From: Flavobacteriales bacterium
Lineage (GTDB): Bacteria > Bacteroidota > Bacteroidia > Flavobacteriales_F > PHOS-HE28
Assembly (NCBI GenBank): GCA_044507815.1
Contig: JBIQIX010000010.1
Coordinates: forward strand, 68,431-132,430
Direction: 5' to 3'
Length of the DNA stretch: 64,000 nt
Under the pieces are notes generated by a model that saw nothing but the letters and a program-made list of their open reading frames with translations, made no database searches and was not told the DNA's origin. The position numbers and the translations under genes were made by a program. Positions 29,685-40,220 of this stretch are shown one piece after another. Each line of letters opens with the position of its first letter. Positions within the stretch are counted from its first letter, which is position 1.

Positions 29685-31079
29685 ATGCAACACCTGCATA
29701 AGCTCCTCATCGCGGCCTTGGCCCTGTTGGCCATGGCCGCAGCCGGGCCGGCCGGCGCACAGGAACGTGCCGACGACAAGGCCGGTACCACCCGCATCCT
29801 GTTCGTGCTGGATGCCAGCAACAGCATGAACGCCTTCTGGGGCAACGAACCCCGGATCACCGTGGCGCGACGCGTGCTGCTGGAATCGCTGAAACCCCTT
29901 GAGAACCTGCCCAACCTGCAGCTCGCCCTGCGCGTGTACGGCCACCAAACGCGCATTGAACCGGGCAAGCAGGACTGCGACGACACCCGCCTGGAAGTGC
30001 CCTTCAGCACAGGCAATGCACAGGCCATACGCAACCGCATGAACGAGATCCGCTGCCTGGGCACAACCCCCATCGCGCGGTCGCTCGAAAAGGCCGCCGC
30101 CGATTTCCCCGACAGCAAGTCCCGCAATGTGATCATCCTCATCACCGACGGCATCGAGGCCTGCGACGAGGACCCCTGCGCCGTAAGCCGCGCGCTGCAG
30201 GCAAAAGGCATCATCCTGAAACCGTTCGTCATCGGCATCGGCATCGATGAGGCCAACAAGTACAGCCTGAAATGCGTGGGCAACTACTACGATGCCGGCA
30301 CGCCCGAAACCTTCGACCGTGTGATGCGTGTGGTGATCGAACAGGCCCTGCGCACCACCACCACCCAACTGCTGTTGCTCGCCGATGACAGCCGGCCGGT
30401 GGAAACCGACGTGCCGGTCACCTTTTACGATGAACGTACCGGTGAAGTACGCTACGACCTCGTGCACACCATGAACCTGCTGGGCGTGCCGGACACGCTG
30501 CACATCGACCCGGTGTACACCTACCGGATCGTGGCGCACACCGTGCCGCCCAGCTCCAAGGGCAACATTACCATTGAGCCCGGCCGCAACAACGTGGTGG
30601 CCCTGATGGCCGGGCAGGGCACGCTGCAGCTGCACACCGAGGGCGCCGTTACCGCCGAAATACCCGTGGCCTGCATCGTGCGCCGCCAAGGCGACCCCGC
30701 CACCGTGAACGCGCAACCCATGAACACTGCGCAGCTCTATCGCACCGGCACCTACGAACTCGAGGTCCTTACCCTGCCCCGCCTGCTCATACCCGACGTG
30801 GTGATCAAGCAGGGCGCCACCACACCCGTGGGCATTCCGCGCAGCGGCACCCTCAACCTGGTGGCCGCCAGGCCGGGCCCCGGCGGTATTTTCGTGAAAA
30901 GGGGCAACGAACTTGAATGGGTGGCCGACCTCGATCCACGGCAACAACGCAACCAATTCAAACTGCTGCCGGGTGAATATCGCGTGATCTACCGCCCCGG
31001 TGAGGCCCGCGAAACCGCATTCAGCGTGGTGAAGGACTTCACCATCACCGGCGGCCGCGCCCTCAACATCGATCTTTGA
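29685..31079 (+). CDS. secreted von Willebrand factor type A (vWA) domain protein
   Basis: Signal peptide [31 protein letters not shown] motif [12 protein letters not shown] with a vWA fold, plus a C-terminal beta-rich domain. Confidence 0.75.
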   Translation: MQHLHKLLIAALALLAMAAAGPAGAQERADDKAGTTRILFVLDASNSMNAFWGNEPRITVARRVLLESLKPLENLPNLQLALRVYGHQTRIEPGKQDCDDTRLEVPFSTGNAQAIRNRMNEIRCLGTTPIARSLEKAAADFPDSKSRNVIILITDGIEACDEDPCAVSRALQAKGIILKPFVIGIGIDEANKYSLKCVGNYYDAGTPETFDRVMRVVIEQALRTTTTQLLLLADDSRPVETDVPVTFYDERTGEVRYDLVHTMNLLGVPDTLHIDPVYTYRIVAHTVPPSSKGNITIEPGRNNVVALMAGQGTLQLHTEGAVTAEIPVACIVRRQGDPATVNAQPMNTAQLYRTGTYELEVLTLPRLLIPDVVIKQGATTPVGIPRSGTLNLVAARPGPGGIFVKRGNELEWVADLDPRQQRNQFKLLPGEYRVIYRPGEARETAFSVVKDFTITGGRALNIDL

Positions 31080-31119
31080 ACCCTACCTGAACGCCCCCGG
31101 CCTATCTTTCACCGCAGCC

Positions 31120-32073
31120 ATGACAACCTACCCCGTACTTGATAAGAAGGACACCCGCAGCGGCTTCGGCGAGGGACTGCTGGAGATCGGCAAGGCCGAC
31201 GAACGCATCGTGGCCCTGTGCGCCGACCTCACCGGCTCGCTGAAAATGGATGCCTTCGCCAAGGAATTCCCCGAGCGATTCTTCCAGGTGGGCATTGCCG
31301 AGGCCAACATGATGGGCATGGCGGCCGGCCTCACCATCGGCGGCAAGATCCCCTATACCGGCACCTTCGCCAACTTCAGCACCGGCCGCGTGTACGACCA
31401 GATCCGCCAAAGCATAGCCTACTCCGGCAAGAACGTGAAGATCTGCGCCAGCCACGCCGGCCTTACCCTGGGCGAGGACGGTGCAACGCACCAGATCCTG
31501 GAGGACATCGGCCTGATGAAGATGTTGCCCGGCATGACCGTGATCGTGCCTTGCGACTTCAACCAGACCAAGCAGGCCACCATCGCGATCGCCGACCATG
31601 AAGGGCCGGTGTACCTCCGCTTCGGTCGACCCAAGTGGCCGGTGTTCATCCCGGCAGACCTGCCCTTCGAGATCGGCAAGGCACAGGTGCTGGTGGAAGG
31701 GACCGATGTGAGCCTCTTTGCCTGCGGGCACCTGGTATGGAAAGCGCTGCAGGCCGCGGAAGAGCTGGGCAGACAGGGCATCCGGGCCGAGGTGGTGAAC
31801 GTGCACACGATCAAACCATTGGATGAAGAGGCCGTCCTTGCTTCCGCGAGGAAGACCCGATGCGTGGTGAGCTGCGAGGAACACAACCGCCATGGCGGCC
31901 TGGGCGACAGCATTGCCCAAGTGCTGGCCCGCGCACTGCCCACGCCCATGGAATACGTGGCGGTGAACGACAGCTTCGGCGAAAGCGGAACGCCGGACGA
32001 ACTGCTGGCGAAATACGGGCTGGACACCCCGGACGTGGTGGCCGCCGCCCATCGGGCAATCAAGCGCAAATAG
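31120..32073 (+). CDS. transketolase, C-terminal subunit (split transketolase)
   Basis: Pyrimidine-binding and C-terminal transketolase domains ([29 protein letters not shown]). 317 aa. Confidence 0.9.
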   Translation: MTTYPVLDKKDTRSGFGEGLLEIGKADERIVALCADLTGSLKMDAFAKEFPERFFQVGIAEANMMGMAAGLTIGGKIPYTGTFANFSTGRVYDQIRQSIAYSGKNVKICASHAGLTLGEDGATHQILEDIGLMKMLPGMTVIVPCDFNQTKQATIAIADHEGPVYLRFGRPKWPVFIPADLPFEIGKAQVLVEGTDVSLFACGHLVWKALQAAEELGRQGIRAEVVNVHTIKPLDEEAVLASARKTRCVVSCEEHNRHGGLGDSIAQVLARALPTPMEYVAVNDSFGESGTPDELLAKYGLDTPDVVAAAHRAIKRK

Positions 32074-32093
32074 TCCGGCCGTAGGCTTCGCAC

Positions 32094-32696
32094 ATGGAAG
32101 AAGCCACGGACGCCGAACTCCTGGCCCTTTTCCGGAAAAAGGAGAGCCGCTCCTACGCCTTCAACCGCATCGTGGAGAAACACCAGCGGCGCCTCTATGC
32201 GTTCATCCGGCGCATGGTCACCGATCCGGAGCAGACCAAGGACGTGCTCCAAGATGTGTTCTTGAAAGCATGGACCGGGCTGGACCGGTTCCGGGAGGAT
32301 GCCCAGTTGCTAAGCTGGCTCTACCGCATTGCCCACAACGAGAGCATCAGCCATCTCCGCCGCATGCGCCGCGGCCTGTTCGTGTCCCATGCGGCCGTCA
32401 CCGAAAGGCTCACCGCCACGTTGGATTCCAGTGAGCACTTCAGCGGCGATGCGATCCAGCGGCAATTGCAACGCGCCGTGATGCTGTTGCCGCCCAAGCA
32501 GCGCGCCGTGTTCACCATGAAATACTTCCAGGAGATGAAGTACGAGGACATGAGCGCGGTGACCGGCACCAGCGTGGGCGCGCTGAAATCCAGCTACCAC
32601 ATCGCCGTAAAGAAGATCGAGGCCCAACTGGGCCGGGCCGATCAAACCATCCGCAGGAATGACCGTCCAATGCAACAAGAAGATGAAACCAGTTGA
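32094..32696 (+). CDS. ECF-subfamily RNA polymerase sigma-70 factor
   Basis: Region 2 (YRIAHNESISHLRR) and region 4 (QRAVFTMKYFQEMKYEDMSAVTGTSVGALKSSYHIAVKKI) signatures. Confidence 0.9.
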   Translation: MEEATDAELLALFRKKESRSYAFNRIVEKHQRRLYAFIRRMVTDPEQTKDVLQDVFLKAWTGLDRFREDAQLLSWLYRIAHNESISHLRRMRRGLFVSHAAVTERLTATLDSSEHFSGDAIQRQLQRAVMLLPPKQRAVFTMKYFQEMKYEDMSAVTGTSVGALKSSYHIAVKKIEAQLGRADQTIRRNDRPMQQEDETS

Positions 32697-33123
32697 AGAG
32701 GACATGAGCTTGGATGCGCCACGGCTGTCCCGCATCAGCAAGGAAGATCCGTTCGTGGTGCCGGAGCGGTTCTTCTCGCAATTCCCTCAACAATTGACGG
32801 ATGTCCGCATCGCGGAAGCCCAGCGGCCGTCGCTGTTCCCGCGTATCATGCGCCCTGCCGTGCCTGCGGCCGCGATCCTGGCGCTTGCCCTCTGGTGGAA
32901 CCACCGGGCGACAGAAAAACCCGCCGACGCGCTACCGGCCTTGTCGCCGCAGGAATTCATGGCCTACACCGCCCTCACCGACGACCGCGACCTCGACCTG
33001 CTGGACGAAGCGCACGAGCCGGACTGGGAGAACGTGGACGTGCAATTGACGAGCGATGAATTCCTGGCGTACGCTGAAGCACGCCAGATCAACATCGAAG
33101 AACTGATCCTCCACCAACCATGA
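32680..33123 (+). CDS. putative anti-sigma factor (single transmembrane segment)
   Basis: Immediately follows and overlaps the ECF sigma gene. Central hydrophobic segment AAILALALWW. No recognisable family motif. Confidence 0.45.
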   Translation, partial: KMKPVEEDMSLDAPRLSRISKEDPFVVPERFFSQFPQQLTDVRIAEAQRPSLFPRIMRPAVPAAAILALALWWNHRATEKPADALPALSPQEFMAYTALTDDRDLDLLDEAHEPDWENVDVQLTSDEFLAYAEARQINIEELILHQP

Positions 33124-33599
33124 CCAAACAGTTGATCACCCTATCGCTCTGCCTGTTCACCGCCATGGCCGCCTGGGCCCAGAACGAGGATATCCAAGGC
33201 CCTCCGCCTGAGCGGCTCAAGGAGATCAAGGCCCAGAAGGTGGCCTTCATCACGCAGTACCTCCACCTTTCGCCCGATGAGGCCAAGGTGTTCTGGCCCG
33301 TGTATGACAAGTACGAGCAACAGTTGCGGGACGTGCGCAAGGACATGGGGAAGGACCGCCGGCAGGCAGCGGACGGTCTGGAGAGCATCACCGATGCGCA
33401 AGCGGAGGCCATGCTGACCAATGAATTGGCGAACAAGGACCGTGAGAACGCGATCGAAAAGGAGCGCTTGATGAAGATCAAGGAGGCGGTAGGCGCAAAG
33501 AAAGCGCTCTTCCTGGGCCGGGCCGAACGTGAATTCACGCGCCAGCTGTTCCGCAACGTGCGCCGGGGCGACGACCGGCCGCGCGGCAGGGGGCGGTGA
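33120..33599 (+). CDS. secreted hypothetical protein (third gene of the ECF module)
   Basis: Signal peptide MTKQLITLSLCLFTAMAAWAQ. Lys/Glu-rich helical protein. ATGA overlap with the upstream gene. Confidence 0.45.
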   Translation: MTKQLITLSLCLFTAMAAWAQNEDIQGPPPERLKEIKAQKVAFITQYLHLSPDEAKVFWPVYDKYEQQLRDVRKDMGKDRRQAADGLESITDAQAEAMLTNELANKDRENAIEKERLMKIKEAVGAKKALFLGRAEREFTRQLFRNVRRGDDRPRGRGR

Positions 33600-33668
33600 T
33601 CCCGCTGCTTCTGCCGGGAGGCCAAGTAAGCAGGCTTGGCCTCCCGGCGCGATCCGCACCTTTGCGCC

Positions 33669-34853
33669 ATGTCCGACTTGCCGAACGCATCCGCACAGCA
33701 CCTGGCCCAAACCAGTCCCTTCCCCTTGGCGTTGGACATCGTCCGCGCCGAGGGCTGCCACCTGCACACGCGCGATGGCAAGCGCTACCTCGACCTGGTG
33801 GCCGGCCTGGCCGTGAACAACACCGGCCACCGCCATCCCAGGGTGCTCGCCGCCATCAAAAACCAGCTGGACCGGTACCTGCATGTGATCCCGTACGGCG
33901 AGTTCATCCAGGAACCACAGGTGCGGTATGCTGAAAAGCTGGCGTCCGTGCTGCCGGCCCAGCTCAACAGCACCTACTTCGTCAACAGCGGCACCGAGGC
34001 CAACGAGGCGGCCCTTAAGCTGGCCAAGCGCATCACCGGCCGCACCAAGCTGGTGGCCTGCAACAAAAGCTACCACGGCAGCACCCACGGCTCGCTCAGC
34101 ATTACCGGCAACGAGGAAAAGAAATACCGCAACCGCCCCTTGCTGCCCGATGTGCACTTCATGCGCTTCAACCACATGGAGGACCTCGCCCTGATCGATC
34201 AGGCCACCGCTGCCGTGATCGTGGAACCCATCCAGGGCGACGCTGGAGTGCGCGTACCCGATGCCGCGTGGATGCAGGCCCTGCGGCAACGTTGCACCGC
34301 GACCGGGGCCATGCTCATCTTCGATGAGGTGCAGACCGGCCTCGGGCGCACCGGTGAACTCTTCGCCTTCAGGCACTTCGGCGTTCAGCCGGACATACTC
34401 GTGCTGGGCAAGGCCCTGGGCGGCGGCATGCCCATGGGTGCTTTCATCAGCTCAAGCGAAAACATGCGGCTGCTCACGCACGATCCCGTGCTCGGGCACA
34501 TCACCACCTTCGGTGGCCACCCGGTCAATTGCGCGGCAGGCCTGGCGGCCTTGGAGGTGTTGCTCGATGAAGAACTCGTGGAAAACGCACGGCGCATGGG
34601 CGAACTGTTCCGCGAACAACTGCAGCACCCCGCGATCCACGAAGTGCGCGGCACCGGCCTTATGCTCGCCGTGGAGCTTGGTGATGCCGACAAAGTGCAG
34701 CGCGTGGTCAACGGATTGTTGCAACGCGGCTTCATCGGCTTCTGGTTCCTCAGCTGCCCCAGCGCCTTCCGCCTGGCCCCGCCCCTGTGCATCACCGAGG
34801 AGCTGGTACACGTGGCCTGCACCGCCATCCTCGCGGAACTGGACCGGTTGTGA
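33669..34853 (+). CDS. class-III (aspartate aminotransferase family) PLP-dependent aminotransferase, acetylornithine/ornithine aminotransferase-like
   Basis: FDEVQTGLGRTGELFA and LGKALGGGMP (PLP lysine) motifs. Start moved to MSDLPNAS. Confidence 0.85.
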   Translation: MSDLPNASAQHLAQTSPFPLALDIVRAEGCHLHTRDGKRYLDLVAGLAVNNTGHRHPRVLAAIKNQLDRYLHVIPYGEFIQEPQVRYAEKLASVLPAQLNSTYFVNSGTEANEAALKLAKRITGRTKLVACNKSYHGSTHGSLSITGNEEKKYRNRPLLPDVHFMRFNHMEDLALIDQATAAVIVEPIQGDAGVRVPDAAWMQALRQRCTATGAMLIFDEVQTGLGRTGELFAFRHFGVQPDILVLGKALGGGMPMGAFISSSENMRLLTHDPVLGHITTFGGHPVNCAAGLAALEVLLDEELVENARRMGELFREQLQHPAIHEVRGTGLMLAVELGDADKVQRVVNGLLQRGFIGFWFLSCPSAFRLAPPLCITEELVHVACTAILAELDRL

Positions 34854-35030
34854 TCCAGCCTCTGTTGCTTCTTCTGGCCGCCATTTCCGGCTGTCCGCTG
34901 TAGGCCGCTTGGCGTGCCGGCGGTCGCGGCGCTGCGGTGGCTTCCTCCGGTCGCCTCCTCGCTGCACGCGTCCGCATGGCCCGCCTGCACGGCGCTGCCG
35001 CTCCCATCCGGGGCGGATCGTGCCCCTGGC

Positions 35031-36236
35031 CTATCCCGCGTGCACCGTGGGCCCCGCAACAAGCACCAGCTCCTCCTCCACCTGCAGGGCCAGCAGGTCC
35101 TCCATGGTCTCGCGGCGGCGGATCAGCAGCAGTTTGCCATCCTTTACCAGCACCTCCGCAGGGCGGGGCCGCGAATTGTAATTGCTGGCCATGCTGAAGC
35201 CGTATGCGCCGGCATTCAGGAACGCGAGAAGGTCCCCTTCATGCACCTCCGCCAATTGCCGGTCCCAAGCAAAGGTGTCCGTTTCGCAGATGTAGCCCAC
35301 CACCGTGTAGATCCGCTTGTTGCCATGCGGATTGCTGGCATTCACCAGGCCATGGTAGCTGCCGTACAGCATGGGCCTGATCAAATGGTTCAACCCGCTG
35401 TCCACGCCCACGAAAGTGGTGGCGGTGGTCTGCTTCACCAGCGAGGCCGTGGCCAGCAGTACCCCGGCCTCGCTCACCAGGTACTTGCCCGGCTCAAACC
35501 ACAGCTCCACCGGTTGTTCCCGCTGCGCGTTAAAGGCCAGGATGCGCTCGCAAAGGCGCGCGCCCAACTCCTCCACATCGGTGGCTATATCGTCCGGCTT
35601 GTACGGCACCTTGAAGCCGCTGCCCAGATCGAGGTAGCGCAGCGCGGGAAAAAGGGCGGCCGTCTCCAGCAGCAGCTCGGCCGCGCGCAGGAAAACGCCC
35701 GTGTCCAGGATATCGCTGCCGGTGTGCATGTGCAAACCCTCCACGCGCAGCCCGTGCGAGGCCACAATGCGCTCCACATGGCGCAACTGGTGTATGCTGA
35801 TCCCGAATTTGCTGTCGATATGGCCGGTACTGATCCGCTCATTGCCGCCCGCCATGATATGCGGATTGATGCGGATGAACACCGGCACCTTTCCGCCGTA
35901 CCGCGCCCCGAAACGCTCCAGCATGGGGATGCTGTCGATGTTGATGTGCACCCCCAATTCCACCGCCCGCTCATATTCCCCGAAGGGCACCATGTTGGGG
36001 GTGAACAACACCTCCCCGGGCCGGAACCCGGCCTTCAGGCCCAGTTCCACCTCCTGGATGCTCACCGTGTCCAGCCCCAGCCCCAGGCCGCGCATGTGCT
36101 TCAGCACCGCCTGGTTCGTCAACGCCTTGCACGCGTACATGAAACGCGTGGGCGTGGCCTCGAAAGCCTTCCTCAAGCGCGCCGCCTGCCGATCGATCAA
36201 GGCCGCATCATACACGTAGGCCGGCGAACCCGCCAT
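35031..36236 (-). CDS. lysA: diaminopimelate decarboxylase
   Basis: Fold-type III decarboxylase (YACKA PLP lysine, DLGSGF, C-terminal EPGRYLV-like). Start at MAGSPAYVYD. Confidence 0.85.
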   Translation of the reverse strand: MAGSPAYVYDAALIDRQAARLRKAFEATPTRFMYACKALTNQAVLKHMRGLGLGLDTVSIQEVELGLKAGFRPGEVLFTPNMVPFGEYERAVELGVHINIDSIPMLERFGARYGGKVPVFIRINPHIMAGGNERISTGHIDSKFGISIHQLRHVERIVASHGLRVEGLHMHTGSDILDTGVFLRAAELLLETAALFPALRYLDLGSGFKVPYKPDDIATDVEELGARLCERILAFNAQREQPVELWFEPGKYLVSEAGVLLATASLVKQTTATTFVGVDSGLNHLIRPMLYGSYHGLVNASNPHGNKRIYTVVGYICETDTFAWDRQLAEVHEGDLLAFLNAGAYGFSMASNYNSRPRPAEVLVKDGKLLLIRRRETMEDLLALQVEEELVLVAGPTVHAG

Positions 36237-36365
36237 GGCAACAATATCCAGTACCCGCACCCCTCCGATGCAGTACTCCCCCCCGCTCAATTGCATTTGT
36301 CAGTATGGTTGGAAAGGCCGCGAAGCTATCCACCGCCCCCATGCACCCCATCATCGGCCATGCCA

Positions 36366-36530
36366 ACCGTTGGAAAACCAAACGCACCGTTCAAAACCCG
36401 ATCGGTGTAATCGGCGCAATCGTCAATCGGTGCAATCGGTGGAAAAAACCCAGTCGGCCAATCGGTGCAATCAGTGTAATCGGTGGAAAAAACCCAGTCG
36501 GCCAATCGGTGTAATCGGTGGACAAAAAAC
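36366..36530. repeat. tandem array of ~10 AATCGGTG(N) 9-bp units with a nested ~45-bp higher-order repeat (two copies)
   Basis: Read directly. The plus strand shows units gatcggtgt, aatcggcgc, aatcgtc, aatcggtgc, aatcggtgg, ...aatcggtgg. The block aatcggtggaaaaaacccagtcggccaatcggtg[c/t]aatc occurs twice. Intergenic, between the stop of the CoA-binding gene and the lysA start. Confidence 0.8.
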
Positions 36531-36541
36531 CCACCAACCCC

Positions 36542-36925
36542 TCAGAATTGCCCCGTATGCAACAACACCAGCGTACAAGCCTCCAACGTCTCTATCCCCG
36601 CAGCCCTGGCCTTCTCCTCAAAATCCTCGTTCTCCGCCCCTGGATTGAAAATGATGCGCTCCGGCTTCATCGCCAGCACCTTCTCCTGCCACTGCTCCTG
36701 ATTATGCGCATTCAGGTACAGGGTAACCGTATTCACCCGGGTACCTTCGGGAATATCCTTTTGAATGGGCACCCCGGCCACCTCCCCTTCGCGCAGGCCC
36801 ACGGCCACCACGGGATGTCCGTACTTCCGCAGGTCGCGGATCGCCCGGTTGGAATAGCGGTCCTCGTTCATGCTCGCGCCCAGCAACAATGTCTTTTTTC
36901 CCTCGGCCATTTTTTTCAGCGCCAA
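36542..36925 (-). CDS. CoA-binding domain protein (YccU-like)
   Basis: 127 aa. KTLLLGASMNEDRYSNRAIRDLRKYGHPVVAVG is typical of the small CoA-binding family. Confidence 0.6.
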   Translation of the reverse strand: MALKKMAEGKKTLLLGASMNEDRYSNRAIRDLRKYGHPVVAVGLREGEVAGVPIQKDIPEGTRVNTVTLYLNAHNQEQWQEKVLAMKPERIIFNPGAENEDFEEKARAAGIETLEACTLVLLHTGQF

Positions 36926-37902
36926 TGTTCAGCGTACCACGGCACGGCCCTGTCCAAGCCGTCGTCCAGTGAATAACGTGGTTCATACCCAAGCTGTTCG
37001 CGGGCCTTGGAAATGTCGGCCAAGGAATCGCGCACATCACCGGGCCGCTCAGGGCCATGCTTGGGGCTTACGGCCAATACGGCGGGATCCACTGCCGCCA
37101 GGCGTTCCTGCATTTTCCGCAGCAGCTCCAGCAGGTTGCAGCGCTCGCCGTACGCGATGTTGAACACCTCCCCGGCCATGGCCCCCCCGGCGGCCAATGC
37201 TTTCAGCACGGCTTGCGCCGCGTTCTTCACGTAGGTGAAATCGCGTGTTTGCAGCCCGTCGCCATTCACCTCGGGCGGGCGGTGCGCCAACAGCGCGCGG
37301 ATGAACTTGGGAATGGCCGCGGCGTAAGCACCCTCGGGGTCCTGCCGTTCGCCGAAGATGTTAAAGAAGCGCAGCCCGATGGTCTCCAGGCCGAAGATGC
37401 GCGTGTACAGGTTGGCGTACACCTCGTTCATGGCCTTGGTGACCGCATAGGGCGAAAGCGGCCGGCCCTCGCTGCCTTCGGTCTTTGGCAGGGTGGCGCT
37501 ATCGCCGTACACGCTGCTGCTGCTGGCGAACACCACGCGCTTGGGGCCGTGGTGCCTTGCGGCCTCCAGCACGTGCAGGAAACCGGCGAGGTTGGCCTTT
37601 TCGCTGTCCAGCGGGTGGGCGATCGACCTTGGCACACTGCCCAGGGCGGCGAGGTGCACCACGGCCTGTGTGCCCTGCACCGCGGTGCGCAGCAGGGCCG
37701 CGTCGTTGATGTCGCCCTGCAGGAACGTGAAGCGGCGGTCGCCCTCCAGGTGGGCGATGTTGCGCAGCTTGCCGGTGGCGAGGTTATCGAGGCAGCGCAC
37801 GGCATGGCCCTGGGCCAGCAGGGCATCACAGACGTGCGAGCCGATGAAGCCCGCCCCGCCCGTGACCAATAGGGGTCGCCCTTCGCCGCCGGCCATGCTC
37901 AC
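36916..37902 (-). CDS. NAD-dependent nucleotide-sugar epimerase/dehydratase (UDP-GlcNAc/UDP-Glc 4-epimerase-like)
   Basis: [12 protein letters not shown] and YAVTKAMNE (YxxxK) motifs. 328 aa. Confidence 0.85.
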   Translation of the reverse strand: MSMAGGEGRPLLVTGGAGFIGSHVCDALLAQGHAVRCLDNLATGKLRNIAHLEGDRRFTFLQGDINDAALLRTAVQGTQAVVHLAALGSVPRSIAHPLDSEKANLAGFLHVLEAARHHGPKRVVFASSSSVYGDSATLPKTEGSEGRPLSPYAVTKAMNEVYANLYTRIFGLETIGLRFFNIFGERQDPEGAYAAAIPKFIRALLAHRPPEVNGDGLQTRDFTYVKNAAQAVLKALAAGGAMAGEVFNIAYGERCNLLELLRKMQERLAAVDPAVLAVSPKHGPERPGDVRDSLADISKAREQLGYEPRYSLDDGLDRAVPWYAEHWR

Positions 37903-39452
37903 TTGGCCACGGCCATCGACCGCTTTTCGCGGATCACCACCACCTTCACCTGCCCTGGGTAGGTCATTTCGCTCTGTATGCGGTCGGCGATGCTCATGCT
38001 AATGTTGTCGGCCTCGCCATCGCTCACGCGTTCGCTCTCCACCATTACGCGCAGTTCGCGCCCGGCCTGTATGGCGTATGCCTTCGAAACGCCGTTGTAG
38101 CTCATCGCTATGCTCTCCAGGTCCTTCAGGCGCTTGATGTACTGCTCCACGGCCTCCCGCCTGGCGCCGGGGCGCGCCCCGCTGATGGCGTCGCAGGCCT
38201 GCACGATCGGTGCCAGCAGGCTGGTCATCTCGATCTCGTCGTGGTGGGCGCCGATGGCGTTGCACACATCGGGTTTCTCGCCGTATTTCTCGGCCAGCTT
38301 CATGCCCAGCAGGGCGTGGGGCAGCTCGGGCTCGTCATCGGGCACCTTGCCGATGTCGTGCAGCAGGCCCGCGCGCTTGGCGGCCTTCACGTTCAGCCCC
38401 AGTTCGGCGGCCATGGTGGCGCACAGGTTGGCGGTCTCGCGGCTGTGCTGCAGCAGGTTCTGCCCGTAGCTGCTGCGGTAGCGCATGCGGCCCACCATGC
38501 GCATCAGCTCGGTGTGCAGGCCGTGTATGCCCAGGTCGATGCAGGTGCGCTTGCCGATCTCCAGGATCTCTTCCTCCAGGTGCTTGCGCGTCTTGGCCAC
38601 GATCTCCTCAATGCGGCCCGGGTGTATGCGGCCGTCCTTCACCAACTGGTGCAGCGCCAGGCGCGCCATTTCGCGGCGCACGGGGTCGAAGCAGCTGAGG
38701 ATGATGGCGCCGGGCGTGTCGTCCACAACGATCTCCACCCCGGTGGCCTCTTCCAGCGCGCGGATGTTGCGGCCCTCGCGCCCGATGATCCGCCCCTTGA
38801 ACTCGTCGTTCTCGATGTGGAACGTGCTTACCGCGTTCTCCACGGCATGCTCGGTGGCCACGCGCTGTATGGTCTGTATGATCACGCGCTTGGCCTCCTT
38901 GTTCGCGTTCAGCTTGGCCTCGTCCACCATGTCCTTCACCAGGGCCATGGCGTTGGTGCGCGCTTCGTCCATCAGTGAATCCATCAGTTCCTTCTTGGCC
39001 TCGCCGGCGCTGATGCCGCTGATGCGCTCCAGCTGGGCCACCTGTTTTTCATGCGCCTTGTCCTGCTCCTGGCGGCGCAGTTCCAATGCCTCCAGCCGCT
39101 GTTCAAGTTCCTTGCGCCCGGTCTCGAGCGATTTTTCCTTGTGTGCCAGCTCCTGCTGCTGGCGGCTCAGCTGTTGTTCGCGCTGGCGGTGCTTCTCCTG
39201 GCCCTGTTGCAGGCGTTTGTCGCGTTCGCGGGCCTCGCGTTCGTGCTCGTCCTTCAGCTGCAGGAATTTCTCCTTGGCCTGCAGGATCTTCTCCTTTTTT
39301 ATGGCCTCGCCCTCGGCGATGGCTTTTTGTAGGATCCCTGAACTGCGTTTCTTCATCAGGCTGTTCAGCAGCAGGTACACCACGCCGCCACCGGCCAGTA
39401 CGCCCACCACCACACCGATCACTACGGCTAAAATGTCTATTTCCATTTCCAC
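37899..39452 (-). CDS. rny: ribonuclease Y
   Basis: N-terminal TM helix, long coiled coil, KH domain and an HD domain (LLHDIGK). 517 aa. Confidence 0.9.
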   Translation of the reverse strand: MEMEIDILAVVIGVVVGVLAGGGVVYLLLNSLMKKRSSGILQKAIAEGEAIKKEKILQAKEKFLQLKDEHEREARERDKRLQQGQEKHRQREQQLSRQQQELAHKEKSLETGRKELEQRLEALELRRQEQDKAHEKQVAQLERISGISAGEAKKELMDSLMDEARTNAMALVKDMVDEAKLNANKEAKRVIIQTIQRVATEHAVENAVSTFHIENDEFKGRIIGREGRNIRALEEATGVEIVVDDTPGAIILSCFDPVRREMARLALHQLVKDGRIHPGRIEEIVAKTRKHLEEEILEIGKRTCIDLGIHGLHTELMRMVGRMRYRSSYGQNLLQHSRETANLCATMAAELGLNVKAAKRAGLLHDIGKVPDDEPELPHALLGMKLAEKYGEKPDVCNAIGAHHDEIEMTSLLAPIVQACDAISGARPGARREAVEQYIKRLKDLESIAMSYNGVSKAYAIQAGRELRVMVESERVSDGEADNISMSIADRIQSEMTYPGQVKVVVIREKRSMAVAK

Positions 39453-39505
39453 TGTTTCGTTTTGGTTTCAGTGGACCATGGTGGCGCTTCGCGCGAGGGA
39501 ATTGA

Positions 39506-39802
39506 TCAGGTGGCCTCGCCGGGCCCGTCGAGTTCATCGAGTAATCCTTCCAGCTCCCGGCGCAGGGCGTGGTCCAGGTCGGGTGGCTGTTCCTTGGCCG
39601 AGTTCAGCGCGCGGGTGGTCACCTCCAGCGCGGCCATGGCCAACAGGTCCTGCTTGTCGGTGAGCGGGTAGCTCGCCTTCAGCCGGTTGATGCTCTCGTT
39701 GATCTCACGGGCGGCCGCACGGATGTTCTCCTCCTCCTCCTGGTGGATGGTAAGCGGATAAGCCCGCCCGGCCAATTCTATCCTGATTGATCTTTCTTCC
39801 AT
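39506..39802 (-). CDS. zapA: cell division protein ZapA
   Basis: 98 aa. IELAGRAYPLTIHQEEEENIRAAAREINESI is ZapA-like. Sits upstream of rny, as is conserved in Bacteroidota. Confidence 0.75.
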   Translation of the reverse strand: MEERSIRIELAGRAYPLTIHQEEEENIRAAAREINESINRLKASYPLTDKQDLLAMAALEVTTRALNSAKEQPPDLDHALRRELEGLLDELDGPGEAT

Positions 39803-39823
39803 GGTGTTGGGGCCGTGTTGCGC

Positions 39824-40108
39824 CTAGGGGTTCAGCAAGGCCAGGCAGCGGTCGATCTCATGCACCAGTTCGTCGATCTTTTCCTTCGTTCCTTCACGGG
39901 CCGGCCGCAATGCGGCCTTCTCGTTGCGAAGTACCTCGTTCTCCTGCTCCAGCTCCTGCACGCGCGACCTCAATACCTCGCGCTCCCGGTCCATTTCCCG
40001 GTGGCGGAGTTCGAGCTGCGCCAAGGACCTGGCCAAACGCGCCTCATTGGCACGAAGGTCTTTCACCTTCGCATGCGCCAATTTGACCCGTTCCACCAGT
40101 GATCCCAT
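39824..40108 (-). CDS. small coiled-coil protein (ZapB-like position upstream of zapA)
   Basis: 94 aa, predicted entirely coiled coil (LRxELEQENEVLRNEKAAL). Confidence 0.45.
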   Translation of the reverse strand: MGSLVERVKLAHAKVKDLRANEARLARSLAQLELRHREMDREREVLRSRVQELEQENEVLRNEKAALRPAREGTKEKIDELVHEIDRCLALLNP

Positions 40109-40220
40109 AGCTGGACAAAAGACCGTTATGGTCCGTGGCCAAATATAATGGCGATCCCACGTCGCACCTATTGTGCGGGCATTTTAGCTGCGTTTTGGGC
40201 TTTCGGCCCGGTGGCGCCTG

